The notes beneath the pieces are model-generated. The model did not search any database. It saw only the letters and a program-made list of their open reading frames with translations, and was not told where the DNA came from. Positions 41,468 to 52,647 of a stretch of 64,000 bases of DNA are shown piece by piece. The stretch's first letter is position 1; every line of letters begins with the position of its first letter. The translations under genes and the position numbers were made by a program. Origin of the DNA: Tubulanus polymorphus (lineage: Eukaryota; Animalia; Nemertea); contig NC_134029.1 of assembly GCF_964204645.1 (NCBI RefSeq), positions 11,930,850 to 11,994,849 of the forward strand, given 5' to 3'.

Positions 41468-44346
41468 CTAAGGTCTACGAACGCGTCCTGTGGGGAGGTT
41501 ATACGCGAGAAATAATCCGCGGGATTTGCAAGAGAAGGTATGTATATTAAATCTCAGTTCTACGTTGTTGTCCATTGTAAATACGAAGATATCTTTCATT
41601 TTATCATTCAGGGGTTTACTCTTGCCCCCCTGTTTGCACCAGGAAGCAACGACGGCTTGATTATCTATAAACGCATCTACGCGGCGGTTTGATATATCCT
41701 TCTTCATCATTTTGAGACCAATAAGTAGAGCTTCCGCTTCCTTCAGGTGGATTGGTCGGTTGTCTCCGGCTTGCCAGTAACCTGCGGCGGGTTTCGTTGT
41801 AACCTGGTCATCTAAGGGTACTAAACCATACCCTGAAAGTGATGCGTCCGTTGCTAAACGGACTGGGACATGTTGTTCCGAGCGCCACCTTACGAAACCG
41901 GTCCAATTGTCTAAAAATTGCCAGTGTTGGATTTCTTTTCTCAAGTCATCAGAGATAACAATTGGTTTGCTGTTTGTTGAGGCTTGAGAAATTGCCCTGT
42001 TAACCTCCCGTGTGTATAGCGTGGCACCTGGTACCGCCAAAACGAGGGATATGCATCTTCCCGCGAATCTTTTGTAGTATTCTTACGTTGACGAAATTTC
42101 CTGCTATTATGGTGTCTCGAAGCTGGCATAGATTATCCTTTTTTGTTTGTGGAAGAAGGGAGGCTTGTTTTACCGCATCTATGATTAGACCCAAATATAC
42201 GGCTGACCTAGACGCTGGTATATGGCATTGGAATATTGAGGGTGTAGCCTAGGCGGGTCAGTACTGATAGAAACACGAAGAGTGCTTTCTCTGGAGAAAG
42301 TTTATCCGTTTTTTAACGATACCGATTCTATCGTCAATATAAAGCATGTTGGATAGTGCCTTGTTCCTCAAATAAACGGTTACTGACAGACCAATAGTTT
42401 GATAAATGTATGCGGATGCCTTCCAACCAAGTGTTATATGTGTATACCCATCCACCGAATATAATCCCAAAATATTTGTGACAGTTTGGTTTAATAGACA
42501 CATGGTCATATCCGGATTTTTCATCTAAGGTGAATATATAGCTGTCCTCGAATACTAGTCTTGGAATATCCTTGAGGGTTTCCAAGCTAAATGGTAGGTC
42601 TTTAATCCATAAGTTTAAGTACCTTTGGTCGTGGCATAGTCTGGGTTTTGACGGCTCTACTGTCAGTGGCATTACTAAATATGGCATCCGACAGTTACAC
42701 TTCCCCACATATGGATAAGGATCCGTTTTTTATTCTGTCTTCTAGGGTTTTTACAATGAATTGGGGAAATTTCTTGCATATTTCATTATTGTACATGATG
42801 CAAGGTTCCGGTTTTCTCGAGTCGTAAGGTTTTCCTTTAAAGTTACCTTTGAAGTGCGTAAAGAACTCTTCTACATCTACGCCATCTCTAACCCATGATA
42901 GGACGGTATCCTTTAAGGGGTGTTCGGCTAAGATAAGTTACCATTGTGCGACTTTAGTAGATAGCATATTCGGCTTAAAGAAAAATGGGTCGTATATAGG
43001 TAGCGTTTCGACGTCTGTCCCTAAATCTGGGTCATCTAAGACTTCTTCAGCTGAATGGCGAGCCCGAGAAGGGGACCCGCTCAGCGGTGTTGTCATATCG
43101 CGGAAAGACGGAATCGCGGAATTTTCTAAAAACGCGGAATTTCTTCATTTTTACTTTAAATAGAAAACGGGTTTCCCACGGGGATACCCAATGTCGGACA
43201 GGCACCGGACCGATCGATGCAACGAGTTAGGTTCGAGTCCCATTATTTGCAGGCAATTTTATATGGAATTATTATATTACGATACCGTTGACTGGCTGCC
43301 ACCTGTAGAAGAAGTCAGAATCAAGTGGGGTGAAAGAAACCAGGCACCTAATGTCTATTTCTACTGGGCAAACTTCGGTTATCGAAGTTCATCGACTTTT
43401 TGAGAACTTCAGAAACGAATATTATCAGATAAATATTGAGCACGTTCGCGGTGTCGGACCGTAGTTGTAGATGGTTGCAAACATATATGTTATAGCAGTC
43501 ACAAAGAAAACATTAAAAAAACGAAACCATTTTATAATCTTTCATATCATTTAATTCTAAAAGATAAACCACATTCGCTTATAACAACAATGTAGACACA
43601 CAACACGCATCAACAATCCTAAGCCAGAATGAAATATACATAATGTATATTTATTTTCGTCTGACATCAATCCAGTTCCACAGTTGTGAGTTAACTCTGA
43701 GTTACTTAGAATCAATTCATTTCCAATGTTTTAAATCCAGAGACCAGAGTCAAATCTTAACTCGGAACTGAGTCCTGGAGAATGACCCATGGTGTCATCA
43801 CAAATCGTACGTTTACGTACCATCGATTTGTATTCCTTCAGTTAATGCAGCGATACTCTGTATCACTGAATTCGCAAAGCACGTATTGCCTATAGGTTCT
43901 ACATTATTTGGAACAGTATCGTTAAGTTGTTGACTGGCGATATTATAAATTATCAAATACTAATTCCCGTGGTTGAAAACCTGGGTCCGATGCCCTGTCC
44001 GACAGTGGGTATCCCCGTGGGAAAACCCGTTTACTATTTATAGTTAAAATGAAGAAATTCCGCGTTTTTGGAAAATTCCGCGATTCCGTCTTTCCGCGAT
44101 ATGACAACACCGCCCGCTCAGCGAGGTCCAAGTAGTCGGTTTTTATCTACAATGATGTTGTTAGGGTTAAAATTTATGTTCGCCTCCCATTCTGGAGCAA
44201 TGTAACCACTTTCCTAGAAATAAAGGGGGTTTATTAATGAATATAACCACGTACGACCTCGCCAAGCAGGTCCCGATCCAAGCTCGCGAGAATACAATCC
44301 ACTAGGGAATCAGTGTCTCTTGAGCTTGCACCGGAAACTACATTCC
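41468..44346 (-). pseudogene. DIRS pol: reverse transcriptase + RNase H (stops, frameshifts, MITE insertion)
   Basis: PLTVEPSKPRLCHDQRYLN, LDEKSGYDH, GWKASAYIY, YIDD; RNase H ATDASLSGYG, IHLKEAEAL, FIDNQAVV. Confidence 0.9.
43085..44112. mobile_element. 1028-bp MITE with ~127-bp TIRs and 9-bp TSD, inserted in DIRS pol
   Basis: CCCGCTCAG|CGGTGTTGTCATATCGCGGAAAGACGGAATCGCGG ... CCGCGATTCCGTCTTTCCGCGATATGACAACACCG|CCCGCTCAG. Removing it and one TSD restores the frame TTWTSLSGSPSRARHSAEEVLDD. Confidence 0.93.
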
Positions 44347-44609
44347 CTTATGAAAATAGGTGGGGTCCACAAACAGTTTTGAAAAAGTTATGTTTTGCTT
44401 TATACGCTGTGAAAATAAATGAAGAAAAATAATCATAATAATAACATATATAATTTATTTAATATATGATTTATTGAATTAAGGAATCAATTATTATTAT
44501 TAATCATAATCCAATAGGGTTCGCCCGGTAATTTATTATATAATGATAGTAGAATCGTCGAATTAATTATTATAAATGATTCTAATTACTGATTTAAATG
44601 CTTTAATTT

Positions 44610-45334
44610 TTATCCATTGTGTTTCGCTCGTTTCATTTTATCGCAATTTCTGATTTGGTGGTCAAAGTTTCCGCAAAAATAACAAGCTCTGTTTTGCGAC
44701 GTATTATTACTATTATTATTATTATATCCTGTATACCCGGTGTTATTATAACCTCTACATCGACCTCTATAAGGGGGTCTGTATAGGTCCCATAGAGGTG
44801 AATTATTATAACGACCGGGCCGTTTTTCTTCCGAGGTGGAATTCTTCTTGGGACTTTTAAGCATTTGGCCATAATTTTCATCACTTTCCCTGTTTCAGAT
44901 CCCCCAAGGCTTGCTAAACAAAAATTCCCTATATCGATTTTATCTTTGATCTTTTCCGCCTGGCGGAATACCGCTGCATATAAACCGGCATCTTTATGAT
45001 GATCTTCCCGAGCAGTGCTTGATAGATCCTCTAATGCTGCGTTCAGTAAACTATCTGCAGCGCTTCCCTGACAAGACAGGGATTGTACCCTTTTAAGAGC
45101 TGCCTTTACCCTGTGTGTCGCATTGCTTCGCTCCAGATCTTCTAACTTTTCTTTAACTACCTTTAATTCCGATTCGTCGTCAGGTTTTGACTCCGTCGGG
45201 GTTCGTTTTCTTTTCCCGGGAGTTGCGGGTTGGTCGATCGGGGGTTGTTGGTTCTGACTCTTCGCAGCTGAGGTACTCGGTTGTGATTGGTCGTTAATTG
45301 TACCAACGCTGGTTTCTGCACTACTATTGGTGGT
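44610..45334 (-). pseudogene. DIRS gag-like ORF (frameshifted)
   Basis: Helical region, RG/YN-rich stretch, zinc knuckle CYFCGNFDHQIRNC. Confidence 0.75.
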
Positions 45335-45465
45335 CTAAAATACAAATATAGTGTCAGATTTAGTTTGATTTCAGTATAATTTACTGAAGTATCCTACAGT
45401 AAAGTACATGGAATTGAGTATAGATTAATTAATTTACTAACTTAGTATCTCAAATTCGTAGTAAA

Positions 45466-45643
45466 TGTTATGTACTCTGTACTGTGCTGTTATACTTATT
45501 TATATCATCACAATATTTGTTGTTGATAATGTAATTTTTGGAGAGAATAAAGTGATGTAGATTGATACAAGATATCAATGGTTGCTGTTTTACTTTTTTA
45601 TGGCCGGCTTGAATATCAGTCCACATCGGGACCAAACATAACA
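45466..45643 (+). repeat. Gypsy 5' LTR
   Basis: TGTTATGT...ACATAACA inverted termini; internal AATAAA; directly followed by the PBS. Confidence 0.85.
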
Positions 45644-45656
45644 TGGTGTCAGAAGT
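45644..45656 (+). promoter_or_regulatory. Primer-binding site (tRNA-Leu type)
   Basis: TGGTGTCAGAAGT, complementary to a tRNA-Leu 3' end ...ACTTCTGACACCA. Confidence 0.85.
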
Positions 45657-45671
45657 TTCAAGCCTGTCGTG

Positions 45672-47283
45672 ATGGAACGGTTGACCCCGCCGAAGTTTAG
45701 CCCACAGAGGCTCGCAAGTAACAATTTAATCGGGGAGTGGAGAGATTTTAGATGTGAGTTTGAAAATTATCTCGTGGCAACTGAAAAAGAACTGCACCTG
45801 ACAGCCGTAAAATCGCCTTGTTATTAATGGGCATGGGCCGAGAATATCAGAAAATATTGAATCATAATCTGGGCCTTACTGAAGGACAGAAGAAAATCTA
45901 TACTAGAGTGATCAAGGCATTTGATGGTTATTTTGAACCAAAACGATTGCGCAAGGGTTACATCACCCAGTTTCAAAACAGGAAACAGAAAGAAAATGAG
46001 ACATTCTCAGAATATTTAACAGCCTTGAAAGAGCTGGGCGCTCATTGTAATTATACTGGTACAGTCCTGAACGATCAGCTTTGTGTTCAGCTATCGAATG
46101 GTGTACGTGATTTGAAACTGAGAGAGAAGTTGTGGACAGAAGACATGTCGCTAGACGATATTGTTAGCAAAGCTCAACTTTATGAACAACAACAACAGAC
46201 AAGGGATCTTTACTCAAATCCGCATCAGTCATCATCTGCAAATGTCGATTATCAACGTGGTAGGAGATAAGGATCATTTCCGTCCAATCGAGGTCGCGTG
46301 TATAATCCGACAAATCGTGGTCGTTCGCTTAATCGTTTTCCGTATAGTAATCGAGGTTCACAGCGAGGGGCTCCGCAGTTCACAAATAGAGGTGGTCATT
46401 CTCGTAGCATAATACAGTGTCACAATTGTGGCTCAACCCATAATCCGGGTAGATGTCCGGCGTACAGGAAACAGTGTAGATATTGCAAAAAGTACAACCA
46501 TTTTGAGCGTGTTTGTAAGCAGAAAGTACCTGTACACGTTCTAAACCAAGGCAATGATTATGAATGTTACAGTAATATTGTACCTGATGATCAAACTATT
46601 TCTGATAATGCTCAAGAGAATTATGGCTACATATTTTCATGTAGACCTAATCGTCCAGTCGAGAAGGATATGCAGGTTAAGCTTCAGACACCTGGTGGAT
46701 TTGTTAATTTTAAAATTGACACAGGTGCAGATACTAATGTTGTTTCGTTTGGTTGTTATCAGTCAATGAAAGCGAAACCATTACTTGAGCCTTCAAACAT
46801 CAGAATTTATGGGTTTGGTAGTCAGCCATTGGAGTCATTTGGCTCAGTTGATATTCCAATGAGGTATAAAAACAAAACGTATTCTCTAAAGTGTGAAGTT
46901 GTCAAGGGCAAAGTCCCTAATGTGTTATCATTACAAAGTAGTCTAGAATTAAATCTTGTCAAACGTGTAGATCAATGTAAAAGTAAGAATACTCAGTTCA
47001 AGAAACAACCTAGTAATCCGATAGGTGGCAGTAGTAGCATTAATCATCCTAATATTCAAAGTTGTCAATTTGAGGAATTAAAGTCATTGATATGTGAGTA
47101 TATAGATGTTTTCGAGGGAATAGGCCAAATTCCTGGAAAGGTCACACTTAGATATGATCCTAATGTGAAACCAATTGCGCATCCCCCTCGCCCGATACCG
47201 GCAGCTTTACGTGAACCTACTCGTCGTAAATTAAATGAACTTGTCGACGCTGGCGTGATAGTGAAAATTTCCGAAGGTACACC
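45672..47283 (+). pseudogene. Gypsy gag-protease-RT N-terminus (frameshift ~45800, stop at 46268, truncated)
   Basis: EWRDFRCEFENYL, FQNRKQKENETF, CHNCGSTH...CRYCKKYNHFERVC, FKIDTGADTNVV, PPRPIPAALREPTRRKLNELVDAGVI. Confidence 0.9.
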
Positions 47284-47474
47284 AGTAATAGGGGTAATGG
47301 GCTTTCAGGCCGAAGGTCGAAGGGTCGAGCTCGTAAAAAAATGAAAATAACAATAATTTCCAGTTGAATTAGTCGCGCACACTCCTAATTCAACTGGAAA
47401 TTATTGTTATTTTCATTTTTTACTCACTCGCCCCTTCAACCTTTAGCCTGAAAGCCCATTACAACCCTATTACT
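47284..47474. repeat. 191-bp imperfect palindrome at the Polinton left terminus
   Basis: AGTAATAGGG...CCCTATTACT; ~38-bp perfect inner stem around the 12-nt loop TCGCGCACACTC. Confidence 0.92.
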
Positions 47475-48775
47475 CTTAAAATATTCATATACATGAATAA
47501 AATATAAATGAATAACATTTAAATTGACAGATTATTCAATATAAAAGTGTGAGCTCTTATAGAATAGATATATAGATATATTTTAAACATTATTTCAATA
47601 TTTAAATTTGTATGAGTTAGATTTTTAAACATTAAAAGTGTTAGTAAAGTGTGATTGAAATAATACATATATACATGATATAATACATAGCTGTTTATAC
47701 TAGAGCATGATTCTATTTGAGCCTATATACATTCCATGTAAAGAGCTATGGAATAAATCTATAAATTCACAGCTGTCACAGCTGTTACTATAACGCTGAG
47801 ACATGAGTCATAATACTGAAAACGCGTAGAAAATTCTAGAAGGTGCACCGGAACTAGATGACGTGGCATAATCGACGACGTGTTCATTTCGAAATCGCGC
47901 CGGAACTGAATAGAAGCTGTAACATAACGCTTAGGATATTCTATCTCTCGAAACGAAATTAGGAGTTTGTAGTTTACAATTCTAAATCTAAATGTAAGTA
48001 CTGTTTTTTGTAGTTATTGGGGCTATTAAATATGAAACCTTTAGATATATTTAAGTGTATTTAGTATATCTTTTAGATAGCTAGAGTTACCGCTAATATC
48101 TTTTAGATTAATAAAACGTCATACACACCAAGAAGCAATAGAGAAACTCAAGATACTCTTTCTGACTGAGGAATCAACAGCAATGGATATCGAACCAATA
48201 GAAACTGGCGTAGAACCACAAGAATCACCAAAAGATCGACGAAGAAACTATATAAGAATTTCAAAAACATTAAGACTCCAATGATTAAGTTTAACATTTG
48301 TTGTTGTAGTTAAATATTTACCAGCAATTGAAAAAAGTTTGTAATTATAGATTTTATATATAGAAATCAAATGATGTATCGGAAGAAACGACTGAACAAC
48401 TTGTATAATGTATTGTGTAAATCTGATTGGTGAATTTTTATGTTCAGTCGTTTCAATTATGATTAGCGCATGCGCATTAAGCAAAAGCGCGCCCGTATGC
48501 GCGCTTTTGCCTAATGCGAACACGTTTTGATATTTTATGCCGGTTGTTTCTATTTTACAGAATTTATAGAATGAATATATAATTATGATTAACGCATGCG
48601 CATTAAGCAAAAGCGCGCCTGAATGCGCGGTTTTGCCCAGTGGTATGATTTAGATATCAAAGAATCGAAACGACTTATCAAAAGCAGCGAGGAATGAAAG
48701 AGGATGACGTTGGTCGAAGAAATGGAAGAGGATTCTAAAATATTAACCAATTTAGTAAAAACATACGTATAATAA

Positions 48776-49427
48776 ATGGTTCGAACAACCACAAATTATC
48801 AATATTACAAATAACACTGGTGTTATAAATATATATTACAAGAAGTGTTCTAAATGTGAATTAGGTAAATTAGCTTTAACAGAATTTAGTAAGCGTAAGA
48901 TTAGCAAAGATGGTTTTCAATATTGCTGTAAAACTTGCACTAAACTATATACCAAACAATACCGAGAAGATAATATAGAACATTATAATTATCATATGGC
49001 AGAATGTATGAGAGAAAGATATCAAACAGATCTTAATTTTAGATTGAAACAATGCTTAAGATCTAGATTAACACAATTATTCAACAAAGAAACGCATTCA
49101 GAAACACTATCTAATTTATTGGGTTGTTCAGATGAATTTTTCATATCATGGATAATATATCAATTCGATGATAAAATGAATATAGATAATTATGGTGAAT
49201 GCTTTCATATTGATCATGTGTTGCCGATTTCTAAATTTGACATGAGTGATGATTATAATAAGAAGCTAATATGGAGCTGGAGAAATTTAAGGCCTTTAGA
49301 AAAGAAGGAAAACATAATTAAATCTAACAAACTAGATATGAAATTATATTTAGATCAACTGGTTAAAGCAAAGACATTTGTTGAATTATGGAATTCAACA
49401 CATAATGAAAAATACGTTGAAGCTTAA
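48776..49427 (+). CDS. HNH endonuclease of the type common in NCLDVs (probable frameshift just after the start codon)
   Basis: In frame upstream of 48996: KKCSKC...FSKRKISKDGFQYCCKTC. Then DLNFRLKQCLRSRL, LLGCS, MNIDNYG..FHIDHVLPISKFD...WRNLRPLEKKENIIKSNK. Confidence 0.8.
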
Positions 49428-50580
49428 ACGCTTAGAAAACCGGTTACTCTCGATCTATGTCAAACCGCCTATATGTAATTGTATTAGGTTGTTTACAAAA
49501 CCATCTGTCGCACGTTATATATTATAAGTGAATGCGGCGCACCTCATTTGAATATTGATCGAATGTGCTATTTCAGTTGAAAAGGATTAATCGATTACAT
49601 CACAAAGGAAGGAACATATGTTGATCAGACAGTGTTTAGCTAGTGAATAACTGGCAGTTATAAGCGCGCAGCACATGAGCATAGGAACGCATAGGATATT
49701 CTCTCTATAAACACAATTTTAGGAGTTTACAGTTATAAATGTAAGTACTGTTTTTGTTGTTATTAAGGCGTTGGGAAACGTTAAACATGTAAAACTTACC
49801 CTGGTAAGATGCGCCACAAAATGGCCATGTTTAAGTGTTGTAATTAATATTTTACAACTACAACTTCAAGTTAGTTTTATTCTACGCTAGATATTTATCC
49901 TTTAGATAACAAAATGAAGACCATTGAATCAAGAAAGTGAAGATAGATGGATGTGGAATCAGAAATTATGGATATTTCAACTCATGAGACTGTAGCAGTT
50001 TAGCCATACAGCATAGGCTTTCAATGCATTACGTTTGCCGGAATTTCAATTGCGTCATTCAGCTGTTGTTAATGTCACACACAGTGACAGATGTTGTATT
50101 ATACTTTATTGATTTCCGCATTCCGCGCATACCTTACCGCTCGGCTGCCGAGCGGCTTGGAATGTGGAAATCGATAATGATTGTAGAATAAAATATATGT
50201 GTTTATGAAATAGTATTTCCACCAGTCGTTTCTTTGAATTTATTTTCAGTTTTAGGATTTATTATCGAGAATCCGAAATGACTTATCTGGACAGTTATAA
50301 TTACTGCTCCTAATAGACAATAGTAGTGAGATATTAAATCCTAATTTAAATAAAATATAATAAAAAAAACAATAACTTCAACTGCTAGTGAATTCTATTA
50401 TATTTTTAATATTTTCTTTTGGTAATTCCAATTGACATTAGATTGAATAGATTTTGAATAGATTTGAATAGAAATTCTTTAACTTTAACTAACCTAGTCA
50501 ATTTAGTATTAACCTAAAGAGATACTAGTATCCTTTTATAATACTTATAATATTTTTCTTATTAAATTTCTCCAATATAA

Positions 50581-51063
50581 ATGTCAAAGAAATCGAGTAA
50601 GAATAGTATTGATATTGAAAAAACATTAGATGATTTAGGTATTAGTGATAATAAGGATACAGTTGTTTCTAATTCTATTCAAGTTAATAACAATATTGAT
50701 TATGAATACTACTTATATTGTAAGCATCATCTTGAATTATTAATTGCTGGCGGGAAATCTAAGGATTTCTTGGGAAAAATAATAACTTTTCAAGAATTAG
50801 ATGCTATGAAACCCGATAAAGTAATAAAATATTTTAAGATTTATGAAGAAGCTAGATTAGCTAGAATAAATGATTCTATTTCAGATGGTATTGTCAAATG
50901 TTATTCTAAGTTATGTCACCGGTTAATACCAATTGATGATGAAAATAAATTATATAGTGATTTGAAAAATGACTATTTAGTTATGACTGAATTACAAAAA
51001 TGGGTTGGATATGCTTCATTCCAATTAGGATGGGTTATGACATTAATTTCTACTGTGTCATGA
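50581..51063 (+). CDS. Polinton hypothetical protein (likely continues by frameshift to 51182)
   Basis: 160-aa ORF with TAAATG start, first gene of the tightly packed + strand array. Confidence 0.6.
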   Translation: MSKKSSKNSIDIEKTLDDLGISDNKDTVVSNSIQVNNNIDYEYYLYCKHHLELLIAGGKSKDFLGKIITFQELDAMKPDKVIKYFKIYEEARLARINDSISDGIVKCYSKLCHRLIPIDDENKLYSDLKNDYLVMTELQKWVGYASFQLGWVMTLISTVS

Positions 51064-51174
51064 CATTTTCGAATATCAAGCCTATGGAATATAAATCAGG
51101 TAAGAACGAAACAGATGACGCTGTACTACAACCAAACGGTGAAACAGAAAATGAACAAAAATTAACTAAGATAA

Positions 51175-51543
51175 ATGAGTGATGATGCCAAGAAGAAGCC
51201 TAGATCCGAGAAACAAATTAAATGGGCAAGAGAATTAGGTAAAAGATCTTCAGAATTAGAAAAAGCTAAGAAAAAGAAATTAACTGATATAAATGAATCA
51301 CAGAAATTATCTGATATTGATTCAAATAATAATCCATCTAATTCTTCTAATAGTGGAAGAAATAATTACTTATATATTACAATTGGGTTAATCACAATTA
51401 TTATATTATCCGGTGTATTATATAAATCAAAATTCAAATCTGATGATAAAGATGATTCCAATGATAATAAACCTATCATACCAGAAAATAAGTCAAATCA
51501 TAATGTCATTGAAACTAAATCTAAATTATTATTAATGGATTAA
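51175..51543 (+). CDS. Polinton small basic membrane protein
   Basis: KKPRSEKQIKWARELGK basic helix plus single TM segment YLYITIGLITIIILSGVLY. Confidence 0.65.
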   Translation: MSDDAKKKPRSEKQIKWARELGKRSSELEKAKKKKLTDINESQKLSDIDSNNNPSNSSNSGRNNYLYITIGLITIIILSGVLYKSKFKSDDKDDSNDNKPIIPENKSNHNVIETKSKLLLMD

Positions 51544-51549
51544 AATAAG

Positions 51550-52647
51550 ATGAAAAAAGAACAATATTTAAGAGCTTTATATTATAACCCAGAAAGTGAA
51601 GTATCATATTCTAGCGTTTCAGAATTATGGAATAAAATTAAATCTGAAAATCTGAAAGAAAATGGTAATATAAAATATGGTGAATTAAAATCATGGTTAC
51701 AAAATCAACCAACATATCAATACCACAAGAAAATGGATAAAACTTATTCAACAAGAAAAGTTATGGTTTCATATATCGATCAACAATGGCAAGCAGATTT
51801 AATTGACATGAAGAACTTAGAAGAACACAACAAAGGATATTTCTGGATACTGAATGTTATAGATATATTCAGTAGATACGCATGGTCAATTCCAATCAAA
51901 AATAAAACTGGTATAGAAGTAACAAATGCTTTTAAATCAATATTTAAATAAGCTATTCCAGATAAGATACAATTTGATGAAGGTAAGGAATTTTATAACA
52001 AACATTTCAAAAAACTATTATCTGATAACGATGTAGAATATTTTTCAACACACTCAGATAAAAAAGCATCTATTATAGAAAGATTTAATAAAACATTGAA
52101 ATCTAGAATGTGGAAATATTTTACTGCTAATGAAACATATAAATATATCGATGTGTTAGATGATTTGGTGAAAGGTTATAATAATTCTAAACATAGTTCT
52201 ATAAATATGAAACCTATACAAGCTAGAGAAGAAGATAATTCGGAAATAGTTTGGAATAATTTATATGGTGCGTTTTTTACACATGATTTCGGCGAACCTA
52301 AATTTAAAATTGGACAACACGTTAGAATATCTAAATATAGAAAAACCTTTTACAAAGGTTATACCCCTAATTTTACTGAAGAAATATTCAAGATTAAAAA
52401 GATAATATTAACTAAACCATTTGTTTATAAACTAGAAGATCTAAAAGATGAAGAAATATTAGGTTATTTCTATGAACAAGAATTATCACTTGTACCAAAT
52501 CCAGATGAAATAGAATACAAAATAGAAAAAGTATTGAAAACAAAAACTCTTAAAGGAAAAAAGTATTCTTTGGTGAAATGTAAAGGATATGATGATAAAT
52601 TTAATGAATGGATTATATCTAGTAAAATTAAAAGAATAAATGAATAA
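51550..52647 (+). pseudogene. Polinton retroviral-type (c-)integrase with C-terminal chromodomain; one in-frame stop at 51949-51951
   Basis: WQADLIDM (D), IQFDEGKEF (D), IIERFNKTLK (E), KGYTPNFTEEIF, chromodomain YKIEKVLK...LVKCKGYDDKFNEWI. Confidence 0.93.

Larger units (their letters stand above)
39081..45465 (-). mobile_element. PAT-like DIRS tyrosine-recombinase retrotransposon, degenerate, 5' end displaced
   Basis: Order gag (CCHC) - RT - RNase H - methyltransferase-like - YR on minus strand; 3' split direct repeats (74 bp at 39081-39154 and 39345-39418). Confidence 0.88.
45466..47283 (+). mobile_element. Ty3/Gypsy (Mag-like) LTR retrotransposon, 5' part
   Basis: 178-bp LTR, tRNA primer-binding site, gag with CCHC knuckles, protease DTGA, start of RT, abruptly cut at 47283. 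Confidence 0.92.

Noticed and set aside
39081-45465. Classification as Ngaro or DIRS1-like
   Set aside because: The MT domain argues against Ngaro, and direct rather than inverted terminal repeats argue against DIRS1-like; phylogeny is still needed.
47284-47344. C-terminal VIGVMGFQAEGRRVELVKK of ORF 46298-47344 as Gypsy protein
   Set aside because: This is read-through into the Polinton terminal hairpin.
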